From Thermoleophilia bacterium (GTDB lineage Bacteria > Actinomycetota > Thermoleophilia > Gaiellales > F1-60-MAGs149): DNA of 64,000 nt. Position numbers and translations under genes: made by a program. The stretch covers positions 26,545 through 90,544 of the forward strand of contig JBAXNN010000007.1 of the NCBI GenBank assembly GCA_037133755.1, read 5' to 3'. Shown here piece by piece: positions 47,801-55,046 of this stretch. Every line of letters starts with the position of its first letter. Within the stretch, counting starts at the first letter, position 1. The notes beneath the pieces were generated by a model. That model worked only from the letters and a program-made list of their open reading frames with translations. It was not told where the DNA came from and ran no database searches.

Positions 47801-49234
47801 GGGCGCATCGCGCGCGGCGGTCACCTGCAATGGGAGACTGACTGTTGCTCCGGCGTCAAGCGTGGCGGTCACGAGATCGCAGGCCAGGCCCGCATCGCTC
47901 GCGCTGCACGACCAGCCTTTGGCGCTGCTCTTCACGGTGAGCCCCGTCGGAGGGGCGATCGACAGCGCCACGCCTTGGGCGGGGTACTGACCGCCGTTGC
48001 GCACCTTGAGGGTCATCGCGGCTCGCTTGCCCTGCGTGATGCTGCTGCCCTTCTTCTGGTCGAACTCCGACGTGACGCGCAGATCGGGTGCTGCGCCAGT
48101 GGACGCCCGCCAGCGCAGCGGCCTGTCAAACGGGCAGGTGCCGTGCACGCGCACGACCTTGCCGTCCTGCAGCGTCGTGGTCTGCCAGCCGCCGCGCCCC
48201 TTGATATCCCAGGTGACGTGCTTGCCGTCGCGTGCCAGCGCGGCTGGTAGGTGATCCCACCGGATCGTGAGATCCGGCATGGCTTCGCCGAGCCCGATCG
48301 CCTGATCGGTGTAGCACTTCGTGGGGCGTGCGGCCGGGAGGCAGCGCCAGCCCTTGCCGCCGGCAGAGTACGTCGTGTCACTCGTGACCTTCGGTAGGAG
48401 CTGCGTCATAGTCGCCGCGTGCACACCGTTGTTTGCGGTTACTGGTAGGCCTCCGACGTTGCGGCCCCGGATGACGATCTCCTGATTGCCGTCGACCTGC
48501 CGCGCGCTGTCAAGGAAGAGTCGAAGCGCCGGACGCGAGTACCTCGACATCGCAAACGCGCTCTGCGTCAGCGCGGCGCTGAGCGGTCCGGCTGCGCTGG
48601 GCATCGTTGCCGCCACGCGCACGTCGCCGAGTAACCTGGAGAGGCCCTTCGAGCCCGTTGGTGGCGGCGAGGTGGCGGTGATTGGGGGCACGAGCCCCTT
48701 CGCGGCGCGCACCACGAGGTACAGATCCATGGTCTGGTCTGCCGGGAGGACGGCCAGCTGGCCGATGTTGTCGCCCATGCGCAGCGTGCAGGTGACGACC
48801 TGACCTTGCGCGGAGCAGGCGTACTGGTACAGGAGATCGTCGAGCGCGTGCAGCCCCGAGGTCGCCCGGGCGTACGTCAGACCGTTGGGGAGCGTGACGG
48901 TGACGGTCAATGCGCCGTTGACCATCGTGGTGCCGGTGTAGCGCACACCGATCGGCAGCACGCCCTCTGCGCCCTGTTGGATCGCGAAATTCGGCGTGCG
49001 GGAGTTGTCGGTGTCGGGCCGGTGTGTCGGATCCACGACGAAGGCGCTCAGGGCAGGCGTCGCGGGCTGACTGTTCGGTGCGGCTGCCATTGCAGCGGTA
49101 GCGCCGAACGACAACATGATGGCGAAGACGAGCGACGCGGCAGCCAAACGGTGACGCGAGAAGGCGCGTGCACCGGCTCGCGCACGGGTATGAACCTGCT
49201 CATTCTCCGACGACACCGGAAGATTTTTCACCAT
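41876..49234 (-). CDS. Giant (~2,450 aa) secreted protein: about five DUF11-like and two PKD-like Ig domains, then ~1,350 aa of beta-rich sequence
   Basis: One uninterrupted 7.3-kb ORF with a Sec-type signal peptide, five CxnC-containing Ig-like repeats and no TM or LPxTG anchor. Start is 49234 or 49264. Confidence 0.85.
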   Translation of the reverse strand: MVKNLPVSSENEQVHTRARAGARAFSRHRLAAASLVFAIMLSFGATAAMAAAPNSQPATPALSAFVVDPTHRPDTDNSRTPNFAIQQGAEGVLPIGVRYTGTTMVNGALTVTVTLPNGLTYARATSGLHALDDLLYQYACSAQGQVVTCTLRMGDNIGQLAVLPADQTMDLYLVVRAAKGLVPPITATSPPPTGSKGLSRLLGDVRVAATMPSAAGPLSAALTQSAFAMSRYSRPALRLFLDSARQVDGNQEIVIRGRNVGGLPVTANNGVHAATMTQLLPKVTSDTTYSAGGKGWRCLPAARPTKCYTDQAIGLGEAMPDLTIRWDHLPAALARDGKHVTWDIKGRGGWQTTTLQDGKVVRVHGTCPFDRPLRWRASTGAAPDLRVTSEFDQKKGSSITQGKRAAMTLKVRNGGQYPAQGVALSIAPPTGLTVKSSAKGWSCSASDAGLACDLVTATLDAGATVSLPLQVTAARDAPDGTQVMTITPTAAGDAKGHIAKASLVVGDIGDPVIEPRLRFETKPGNWQPWTRGGPFRTQVGQRFSYRIELTNTGGDVLPAGTAMLVEHQLGAALHVDSASSTLGSCSTAGGLSCSLTSASVVKPGASAGWIEVSATPTRATTLPLTSEVVVRVPSQKTTRRAGLKVRVAATPRSLRVSTDILAIPSVGGAGRIAMRVRNQDATTPVSGIVVRTTLPPGLAVESATGTGWVCTVAGRALSCAYAGNIARGRTSTSTAIGLRVAPTAKSGLVALRWTVVGDAAAAVRASGSATTQLAVRRGILAKATATPAVVLPARNPKHPRIVVLDGGQSARNGVSLDYTWTQRCTTAQDIATFGSCPSSTPAPAATIKAPHIHRTTAEIPTVAKRTVLVFQLTVTDRSATSTKTVRVTAVPRTTLDAKDSRSSGRSPEAAKRISDAKAAQRTAEQKRQSATRSATKAAQAAQRQRISAGQATIRNALHIRIANGAARTATRGETVTIAAQTTGGTGDVRYVWARVSGVDAPVSGAETATLQATMPASRGVQVYRVTATDHSGIVASTIATISVDPDPTGAATCAVSRAKPKQKITLGHGATVVFGSIRGKSGCGGAAPRQAGGTQLTSFSNSTFTFGDVTVTGASGTTSTSSTTITSGTVNMPASWNLPATSVGSDGLTITYLNGSNTALSGTIDVSAFPFLTLPSDWTGSSTVTFTPNTTTQSTSVSITAKAASGDKSFTFTATAATSGTFSASIKADSLLSINGTTINVAGTVTNTTGTIAGTTSTITGSINSTLQLSPGVNLTALTANWDASTTGDGITGSATVAINSGSETPTALTATFTYSNANNWLVTLTSSGGPTWTPLPGLNVSPSDFSGSIGQAKGAWQWDLEASIASWQPTSIFSLTDTSLQLTSSCSNPNLTCPNADLFMIVGTTANLTPPVGDSIQVASAAVFGIGGGKGFSLYAGLPNAINVAPGISFTAPSLNASYALPSSAVTPTTGQPTFTGSTESGWSINTVGGMNISGLGSFSTIASNITSQGVSIGGFDPDGVSLGGSGGGGGSGGGSNGQQSNAAFGYTTLTSASMTATIEGFGSQTLGLTASNFSVAGGFASPTWFGQMTGVTLPSVLGTIVLDPTTGFYDATIDVPGSFTIPSGGSNVSVPTLNFGLSNNASGFSVFAGGTGALSVPSVGGGTSSAPSLSVDLSYDITTNTVTGTFAVLDSAGWQNAFGATGLTVTEADVAIGFNLDTETPTIALAASGTLPSSITEAFGVPGGVPISVGADLSLDTPCLEVAAGSTTGTQQILSVGGGAMTATYFEFVAAPDGCSLGTVNGQQVTISPGFAMAFDGTVLGTEVDVAASLTLSPTVFVGTANIGAFTTPGTSGNLQFQSTTIGVSINTGTNADSVTFAGGLSIFGDVIDLSGALSYNGGTQTTNASLTVASPQSLNINGFSLSNAEFTTTIQSSPTADNVSIAASGDLNIMGSSVDITTFDVTIDNGVAEDVTADVTANLNFGTTATVNGGFDVSWTASDSTFDLSASVVMTTAAGFTIGSQANPATLDISPQCVAFSGDISLSTVFTATLEGTMVYASGCTEQVTNNQGQLVTGSAGDFSFAADNVGMTFYGLLATGSVAVGNVGGNEYETVSTAIVLSPQSANTTVGVAGSFDTNDDFSFTGTGTLNLAGFDFDAAITATQTAGSMAVTGISTLAIGENTFTFDMGFSVQSGIPQTAASASADMNLGGFDMGSTTVALMQTPSDVGLTATITYSETLISFSAGVAFYASDSGATPGYIIGVNGSIGIYGAGWFGMSFFMSNCTSPSCTQTGDPYLDASGSIDLYGISYEFGWFSIGTDGSFSASSSASGSGCSSAQDVGGVLYQGCFSYTEYVGISSTGNFTISSGESVEIQSAAWNAFANPYQCNCVTGTTCQVAQDVGSPCCSTCYNGGWDSWDNWGWYNTGISVNLGTYPPQFSIYINGIGGFSI

Positions 49235-49330
49235 TGCGGCGGAATACGCAATTGAATTGGGCATTCGGTGTCACCTATGTGAGGAAAACCCCCCATCACG
49301 GGAAGGATGTCCGCGACGAAGCGCGCCGGA

Positions 49331-51136
49331 CTACGCGGCGATTGGGTCGTCGTGCCCGGCCAGCACGCTGAGGACCGCATCGGCGTGCCGCTCGAGGAAC
49401 GCCGGGCCAACCCCGGGGAGCAGGCTTAGGGCATCGGGCGTGGTCGGGCGCGTCGCCGCGATCGCGTGCAGCGTGGTGTCCTTGCCGATCACATAGGCCG
49501 GGACGCCCGCCTCCTTGGCGGCCGCGCTGCGCCAGGCCTTGAGAGCGATCAGGAGATCCTCGGGGACGTCGTCGGGGATCGGTGGGGCAGCCGACTTGCG
49601 CTTGGAACGCGTGCGCGTCGCGGCGGTCTCGGCCAGGATCTCGATCGGGCTGCAGATGTCGCAGCAGCGGCCGTCGGCAATCGGCTCCTGCTGGTCGCCG
49701 AAGTAGCGCAGCAACGTCAGGCGACGGCAGGAATCGCCCGCGGCGAAGGCCTGCGCCGAGTCGAGGCGATCCCACCGGCCGCCATCGATCTTGCGGGCAC
49801 GCAGGCGCACCTCTTCGGCACGGTCGGCACCCAGTCTGCGCAGCTTGATGCGGCCACGCCACAGCTGGCTCGAGCCGGGGAACAGCTCGGCGGCCCCGAC
49901 GGCCTCGGCCGAGGCCAGCCAGGCGCGGGCGTCGTCTTCGAAGGCGTCGAGCATGCGCGCGAGCTCGCTCGGGTTGGCAGAGAACTCGCCGGTGTCCTGA
50001 TCGGCGAGGTGGGCGAGCGCTGCGAGTACACGGTTGACCTCGTCGGCGCCGAAGTGCGCGCGGCGGATGAGTGCCCCGAGCACGCCACGGTCGCCACTGG
50101 AATGCAGCAGGACACACCGTGACGGCAGCCCGTCGCGGCCGGCACGGCCCGACTCCTGCGAGTACGCCTCAAGCGATTGGGGCAGACCCCAGTGCCAGAC
50201 CTGGCGGATGTCGGCCTTATCGACACCCATGCCGAAGGCGGTCGTGGCCACGATGATGCCGTCGTCCGACTCCATAAAGCGGTCCTGGCGGCGCTGGCGC
50301 TCGCTGCGCTCGAGTCCTGCGTGGTATGCCTGTGCCGGCAGGCCGACGGCGGCAAGTTCTTCGGCCACCATCTCGCTGTCTTTGCGCGTGCGCACGTAGA
50401 CGATCGCAGGTCGCATCGCGGCGTCGCGCATGCCGTCCTCAAGCAATTGCAGACGGCGTGCCTTACCGCTGGCCTCGATCGCATCGAACGTGAGGTTCGG
50501 GCGGTCGAAGCCGGTGTGCACCTCGACGGGATCCTGCATGGCGAGGCGACGGATGATGTCGATGCCCGTGGCGGTCGTGGCCGTGGCCGTCAGCGCCATC
50601 ACCGCAGTGGGCCGGATCTGCTCGCGCACCTGCGCGAGGCGTCCGTAGTCGGGTCGGAAGTCGTGGCCCCACTCAGACAGACAGTGCGCCTCGTCGACGA
50701 CGAGGAGATCCACACGCGCCTCGGCAAGCGCTGCGGCGAAGCGGGCGTTGGCGAAACGCTCGGGCGCCACGTAGAGCAGGCGTACGGCGGGGCCGGCGTC
50801 GAGCAGGTTGCCGCCATTGCCGCGCAGCGACTGCAGGATCGCCTCGACGTCCTCGCTGCTGGTATCGCTCGAGAGCGCAGCGACATCGGTGCGTCCGAGC
50901 TTGCGCAGCGCCTCGATCTGGTCGCGCATCAGGGCGAGTAGGGGCGAGACCACGATCGTGAGGCGCAGGGCGCCGAGCGCGGGCAGCTGATAGCAAAGCG
51001 ACTTGCCCGAGCCCGTGGGCATCACCACCAATGCATCGCGCCCGTCGAGCACGGCCTGCACCGCCTGCTCCTGGCCGGGGCGGAAGTCGTCGTGCCCGAA
51101 GACCTCGCGCAGCAGCTGATGTGGGTCGGCAGGCAC
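49331..51136 (-). CDS. recQ: RecQ family ATP-dependent DNA helicase with HRDC domain
   Basis: FRPGQ, MPTGSGKSLCYQ, VDEAHCLSEWGHDFRPDY, AFGMGVDK, QESGRAGRDG, CDIC Zn motif, C-terminal HRDC. Confidence 0.93.
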   Translation of the reverse strand: MPADPHQLLREVFGHDDFRPGQEQAVQAVLDGRDALVVMPTGSGKSLCYQLPALGALRLTIVVSPLLALMRDQIEALRKLGRTDVAALSSDTSSEDVEAILQSLRGNGGNLLDAGPAVRLLYVAPERFANARFAAALAEARVDLLVVDEAHCLSEWGHDFRPDYGRLAQVREQIRPTAVMALTATATTATGIDIIRRLAMQDPVEVHTGFDRPNLTFDAIEASGKARRLQLLEDGMRDAAMRPAIVYVRTRKDSEMVAEELAAVGLPAQAYHAGLERSERQRRQDRFMESDDGIIVATTAFGMGVDKADIRQVWHWGLPQSLEAYSQESGRAGRDGLPSRCVLLHSSGDRGVLGALIRRAHFGADEVNRVLAALAHLADQDTGEFSANPSELARMLDAFEDDARAWLASAEAVGAAELFPGSSQLWRGRIKLRRLGADRAEEVRLRARKIDGGRWDRLDSAQAFAAGDSCRRLTLLRYFGDQQEPIADGRCCDICSPIEILAETAATRTRSKRKSAAPPIPDDVPEDLLIALKAWRSAAAKEAGVPAYVIGKDTTLHAIAATRPTTPDALSLLPGVGPAFLERHADAVLSVLAGHDDPIAA

Positions 51137-51191
51137 AGATCGCAGTCTACGAACCGCGTCCCCACACGGCTGTGCCGGACTGTGCCGAGTT

Positions 51192-52136
51192 TCAGACGAG
51201 GATGCAGGCGGCGCGGTGGCCGTCGCCGCCTGCGGGCCGCAGCTGTGGGTCCTCGGACGAACAGGCCGCTGTGGCGACCGGGCAGCGCGGGTGGAAGCGG
51301 CAGCCGGTGGGTACGTCGGCGGGGTTCGGCGTCTCGCCCTGCAGGATCTCGGGCTGCATCGACTGCTCGGGATCAGGCTGGGGGACGACCGAGACCAGGG
51401 CCTTCGTATACGGGTGCTGCGGATTGCGGATGACCTCGTGGGCTGGGCCCTCTTCGACGATGCGGCCCAGGTACATCACGCAGATACGGTCGGCGTAGTG
51501 GGCAGCGGTGGAGAGGTCATGCGTGATCATCAGGATGCCCAGGCCGCTGGAGCGCAGTTCGTCGAGCAGTCCGAGGATGCCGGCGCGTACCGAGACGTCG
51601 AGCATGGAGACCGGCTCGTCGGCCAGTAGCATCGTGGGCTCGAGGGCGAGTGCGGCCGCGATCGAGACACGCTGGCGCTGCCCGCCCGACAGTTCGTGGG
51701 GGTAGCGCTCGAGGTACAGGTCGGCGGGAGTCAGGCCCGCACGCTCCATGGCGGCGCGAACGCGCTCGTCGCGGTTGTCGAGACCGTGGATCTCGAGCGG
51801 CTCGGCGACGATGTCCTTCACGCGGAAGCGCGGATCCAGCGACTCGTACGGATCCTGGAAGATGATCTGCAGCTCGCGCCGGATCGGGCGCATCTCGCGT
51901 TGCGTGGCGTTGGTGATGTCGCGATCGCGGTAGGTGATCGTGCCGCTCGTCGCCGGCACCATGCGCATCGCGGTCTGCGCCGTCGTCGTCTTGCCGCAGC
52001 CGGATTCGCCCACGAGTGCCACGAACTCACCGGCCGCGACCGTCAGCGAGACGCCGTCAACGGCCTTGACGACCTTCTTGCGTCCCTGGCGGTACTGGAC
52101 GACCAGGTCCTGGATCGTGAGCAGCGTCTCGCTCAT
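51192..52136 (-). CDS. Peptide/nickel ABC transporter ATP-binding protein (OppF/DppF-like)
   Basis: [45 protein letters not shown]. Confidence 0.93.
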   Translation of the reverse strand: MSETLLTIQDLVVQYRQGRKKVVKAVDGVSLTVAAGEFVALVGESGCGKTTTAQTAMRMVPATSGTITYRDRDITNATQREMRPIRRELQIIFQDPYESLDPRFRVKDIVAEPLEIHGLDNRDERVRAAMERAGLTPADLYLERYPHELSGGQRQRVSIAAALALEPTMLLADEPVSMLDVSVRAGILGLLDELRSSGLGILMITHDLSTAAHYADRICVMYLGRIVEEGPAHEVIRNPQHPYTKALVSVVPQPDPEQSMQPEILQGETPNPADVPTGCRFHPRCPVATAACSSEDPQLRPAGGDGHRAACILV

Positions 52137-53089
52137 GCGCTGACCTCGACGAAGCACGAGCCGCTGTGGCCTGGCTCGGCTGTGCGGGTGGGGGGATACG
52201 CCAGGGCACAGGCGTCGATCGCCGAATCGCAGCGGGGCCGGAACGGGCAGCCTGCAATCGGTTCGTCGAGGCGCGGGGGGGAACCGGGGATCGAGACGAC
52301 ATCGCGCTCGGCCAGCAGATCGGGTGTGGCGCCGAACAGCATGCGCGTGTACGGGTGCAGCGGGTGGTGGTACAGCTCGTTCGTCGTGCCGAGCTCGGTG
52401 ATGTGCCCGGCGTACATGACGGCTGCGCGCTGGCAGATCTGCGAGACCAGCGGCAGGTCGTGCGTGACCATGATCATCGCGAGACCGAGTTCGTCGGTGA
52501 GCCGCACGAGGAGCTCGAGGATCTGGGCCTGCACCATCACGTCGAGTGCGGTGGTGGGTTCGTCGGCGAGCAGCACCTTGGGCTGACAGGCCAGTGCCAT
52601 GGCGATCGCGGCGCGCTGACGCATGCCGCCCGAGAACTCGTGGGGGAAGCGATCCTGACGCTCGCCGCTGATGCCAACCAATTCCAGCAACTCGGCTGTG
52701 CGGGCGCGCGCGGCCTTGCCCTTGGCGAGGCCGGCGGTCTCGATCGGCTCCTGGATCTGCGAGCCGATGGTCTTGACCGGGTCGAACGCGTTCATCGCGC
52801 CTTGGAACACCATCGCGATGTCGTTCCAGCGGTGCAGGCGCATCGTCGCGTCTCCGCCCGCGAGGATGTCCTCGCCGTCGAGCAGGATGCGGCCGGCCGC
52901 GCTGGCGTTCGGCGGCAGGAGCCCCATCATCGCGAGGATCGCCGTGGTCTTGCCGCACCCGGACTCGCCCACGAGGCCCATGCGCTCGCCGCGTTCGAGT
53001 CCGAACGAGATGCCCTGCACGGCGTGCAGCTCCTTGTCGTCCGGCAGCTCGAACCAGACGTGGAGGTCTTCGACCGCGAGCACGCTCAC
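52133..53089 (-). CDS. Peptide/nickel ABC transporter ATP-binding protein (OppD/DppD-like)
   Basis: [38 protein letters not shown]. Confidence 0.93.
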   Translation of the reverse strand: MSVLAVEDLHVWFELPDDKELHAVQGISFGLERGERMGLVGESGCGKTTAILAMMGLLPPNASAAGRILLDGEDILAGGDATMRLHRWNDIAMVFQGAMNAFDPVKTIGSQIQEPIETAGLAKGKAARARTAELLELVGISGERQDRFPHEFSGGMRQRAAIAMALACQPKVLLADEPTTALDVMVQAQILELLVRLTDELGLAMIMVTHDLPLVSQICQRAAVMYAGHITELGTTNELYHHPLHPYTRMLFGATPDLLAERDVVSIPGSPPRLDEPIAGCPFRPRCDSAIDACALAYPPTRTAEPGHSGSCFVEVSA

Positions 53090-54039
53090 GAGCGATCCTC
53101 CTTGTCGGGCAAGGGGCGCAGACGAAAGTGTCGGCGGGAGAGGTGGCTCACCTTGAGGCGTGGGTTAAGCGAATCCTCGACGGCGGTCCCGAGCATGTTG
53201 AAGGCCATAATCACGAGGGCAACGGCGATACCCGGCGGCACGATCGCCCACCAGGCGCCGTACGAGATCGCGCTGCGCGAGAACGCGTTCTCGATCATCT
53301 TGCCCCAGCTCGTCACGCTCGGGTCGCCGAGGCCGAGGAACGAGATCGCCGTCTCGAGGAAGATCGCGAGGGCGACCATGAGCACCGTCTGCGCAAGCAG
53401 CAGCGGCATGATCTGCGGGATCACGTGCTTGAAGATGATCCGCGTGTGCGAGGCACCGAGCGCCTGGGCGCGCTTCACGTACGCGCGCTCGCGCACGACC
53501 TTCACCTGCGAGCGGATGAGCCGCGCCATGAAGGTCCAGTAGATCAGCCCGATGATCAGGATGATGTTGCGGAGACTGCGGCCCCAGATCGACGCGATCA
53601 CGATCATCAGCACGAGGTCGGGGATGACGAGGAAGTAGTCGGTGACGCGCATCAGCGCGTTGTCGACCTTGCCGCCGAAGTAGCCCGCGACGATGCCGAT
53701 CGTGCCGCCCACGAGCATGGCGACGACCGCGCCGGCGAAGCCGACGATCAGGGTGACGCGCGCGCCGTAGATGAGGAGCGACAGCATGTCGATGCCGCCG
53801 TCGTCGAGGCCTAGCGGATGCGCGCCCGATGGCGTACCGAAGATCGGACCGACCTGCTGGCGCTCGCCGTAGGGTGCGAGGTACGGCCCAAAGATGGCGA
53901 TGAACACGAACGCCAGCAGGATGATCGCGCCGACGACGGCCTGCGGGTGGTGGCGCAGAAACGACAGCGTGGCGCGCAGGCGCGAGGGCGGGCGCACGAC
54001 GTCGGGCAAGGCGGCTTGGGGTGGGTCGACGAAGCTCAC
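53086..54039 (-). CDS. ABC transporter permease (OppC/DppC-like)
   Basis: HPLGLD, GYFGGKVD, EAA loop YVKRAQALGAS, SFLGLG..SWG; GTG overlaps the upstream TGA. Confidence 0.92.
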   Translation of the reverse strand: MSFVDPPQAALPDVVRPPSRLRATLSFLRHHPQAVVGAIILLAFVFIAIFGPYLAPYGERQQVGPIFGTPSGAHPLGLDDGGIDMLSLLIYGARVTLIVGFAGAVVAMLVGGTIGIVAGYFGGKVDNALMRVTDYFLVIPDLVLMIVIASIWGRSLRNIILIIGLIYWTFMARLIRSQVKVVRERAYVKRAQALGASHTRIIFKHVIPQIMPLLLAQTVLMVALAIFLETAISFLGLGDPSVTSWGKMIENAFSRSAISYGAWWAIVPPGIAVALVIMAFNMLGTAVEDSLNPRLKVSHLSRRHFRLRPLPDKEDRS

Positions 54040-55010
54040 TCGGTCACCCGCGGGTCGAGTTTGAAGTAGAGGAGGTCGGCGATGAAGTTCATGATGATCA
54101 CCATCAGCGTCAGCAGTAGGAAGGCGCCCTGCAGCACCGGGTAGTCGCGGTTGCCGACGCTCTCGTATATCTGCAGGCCGATGCCGGGATAGTTGAAGAC
54201 CGTCTCGATCAGGATCGCGCCGCCGAGGATGAAGCCCAGCGAGAGGAAGATCAGCGTGACGATCGGCAGCATCGAGTTGCGCAAGGCGTGCTTGCGCACG
54301 ATCTCCCAGTTGGACAGGCCCTTCGCTCGCGCCGTGAGGATGTAGTCCTCGCCGAGCGCCTCGAGCATGGAGGAGCGCACGATCAGCGTGTATTCGCCGA
54401 ACAGCACGAGTCCGATGGTCGCGGCGGGCAGGATCATGTGCTTGAAGCGGTCGACGAGTTCGTTCCACGTGCCGGGGTTGTTGTACGCGAGGTAGGGATC
54501 GGCGATGTCGCTCGTCGGCAGGTGCAGCGGCCCGGCGAGATAAAGGATTAGCATCAACGCAAGCCATTGGGTCGGCAGGCTGTAGAAGAGGAGCCCGCCC
54601 CAGACCACGCCCTTGTCCGACAGCGTCCCGCGTCTCCACGCGGCTAAGACACCCGTGGTGATGCCGAGCATGATCGAGAGGATCGTGCCGAGCAGGATCA
54701 TCGGCACGGTGTTCTTGATCGGCTGCCAGAGCTCGTCGATGACCGGCTGCTCGGTGACGAACGACCGCCCGAGATCGCCCTTCGCCGTCTGCTCCAGGTA
54801 GATGACGTACTGCTCGGGAATCGACTTGTCGAGCCCGTACTCCTTCTTGAGGTTCTGCTTGAACTCCTCGGTGCAGCCCTGGCAGCGCAGGGCCGACGTG
54901 CGGTCACCCGGGGCGAGGCGGAACAGTACGAAGTTGAGGCTGATCGCGACGAAGATCGTGATCAGCGCGAACAACGCGCGTCGCCCGACGTACGACCAGC
55001 CTGCCCGCAT
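54036..55010 (-). CDS. ABC transporter permease (OppB/DppB-like)
   Basis: RRAL..., APGD, YGLDK, GDLGRS, EDYILTARAKGLS, ETVFNYPGIG, RDYPV. Confidence 0.93.
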   Translation of the reverse strand: MRAGWSYVGRRALFALITIFVAISLNFVLFRLAPGDRTSALRCQGCTEEFKQNLKKEYGLDKSIPEQYVIYLEQTAKGDLGRSFVTEQPVIDELWQPIKNTVPMILLGTILSIMLGITTGVLAAWRRGTLSDKGVVWGGLLFYSLPTQWLALMLILYLAGPLHLPTSDIADPYLAYNNPGTWNELVDRFKHMILPAATIGLVLFGEYTLIVRSSMLEALGEDYILTARAKGLSNWEIVRKHALRNSMLPIVTLIFLSLGFILGGAILIETVFNYPGIGLQIYESVGNRDYPVLQGAFLLLTLMVIIMNFIADLLYFKLDPRVTE

Positions 55011-55043
55011 CTAACGATCCTTGAATGCGGGCAGGCTGGTCGT
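54992..55043. repeat. Perfect 19-bp inverted repeat covering the permease start codon
   Basis: ACGACCAGCCTGCCCGCAT (54992-55010) / ATGCGGGCAGGCTGGTCGT (55025-55043), 14-nt loop. Confidence 0.95.
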
Positions 55044-55046
55044 CAT
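55011..55046 (-). CDS. Candidate 11-aa coupling mini-ORF MTTSLPAFKDR
   Basis: ATG overlaps the binding-protein stop (TGATG); its TAG directly abuts the permease ATG. Confidence 0.45.
   Translation of the reverse strand: MTTSLPAFKDR

Noticed and set aside
55011-55013. In-frame TAG as a nonsense mutation (permease pseudogene) or pyrrolysine codon
   Set aside because: The permease from 55010 has a normal-length N-terminus and its own SD-like AAGGA, and no pyl genes are present. Read-through is kept only as a minor alternative.
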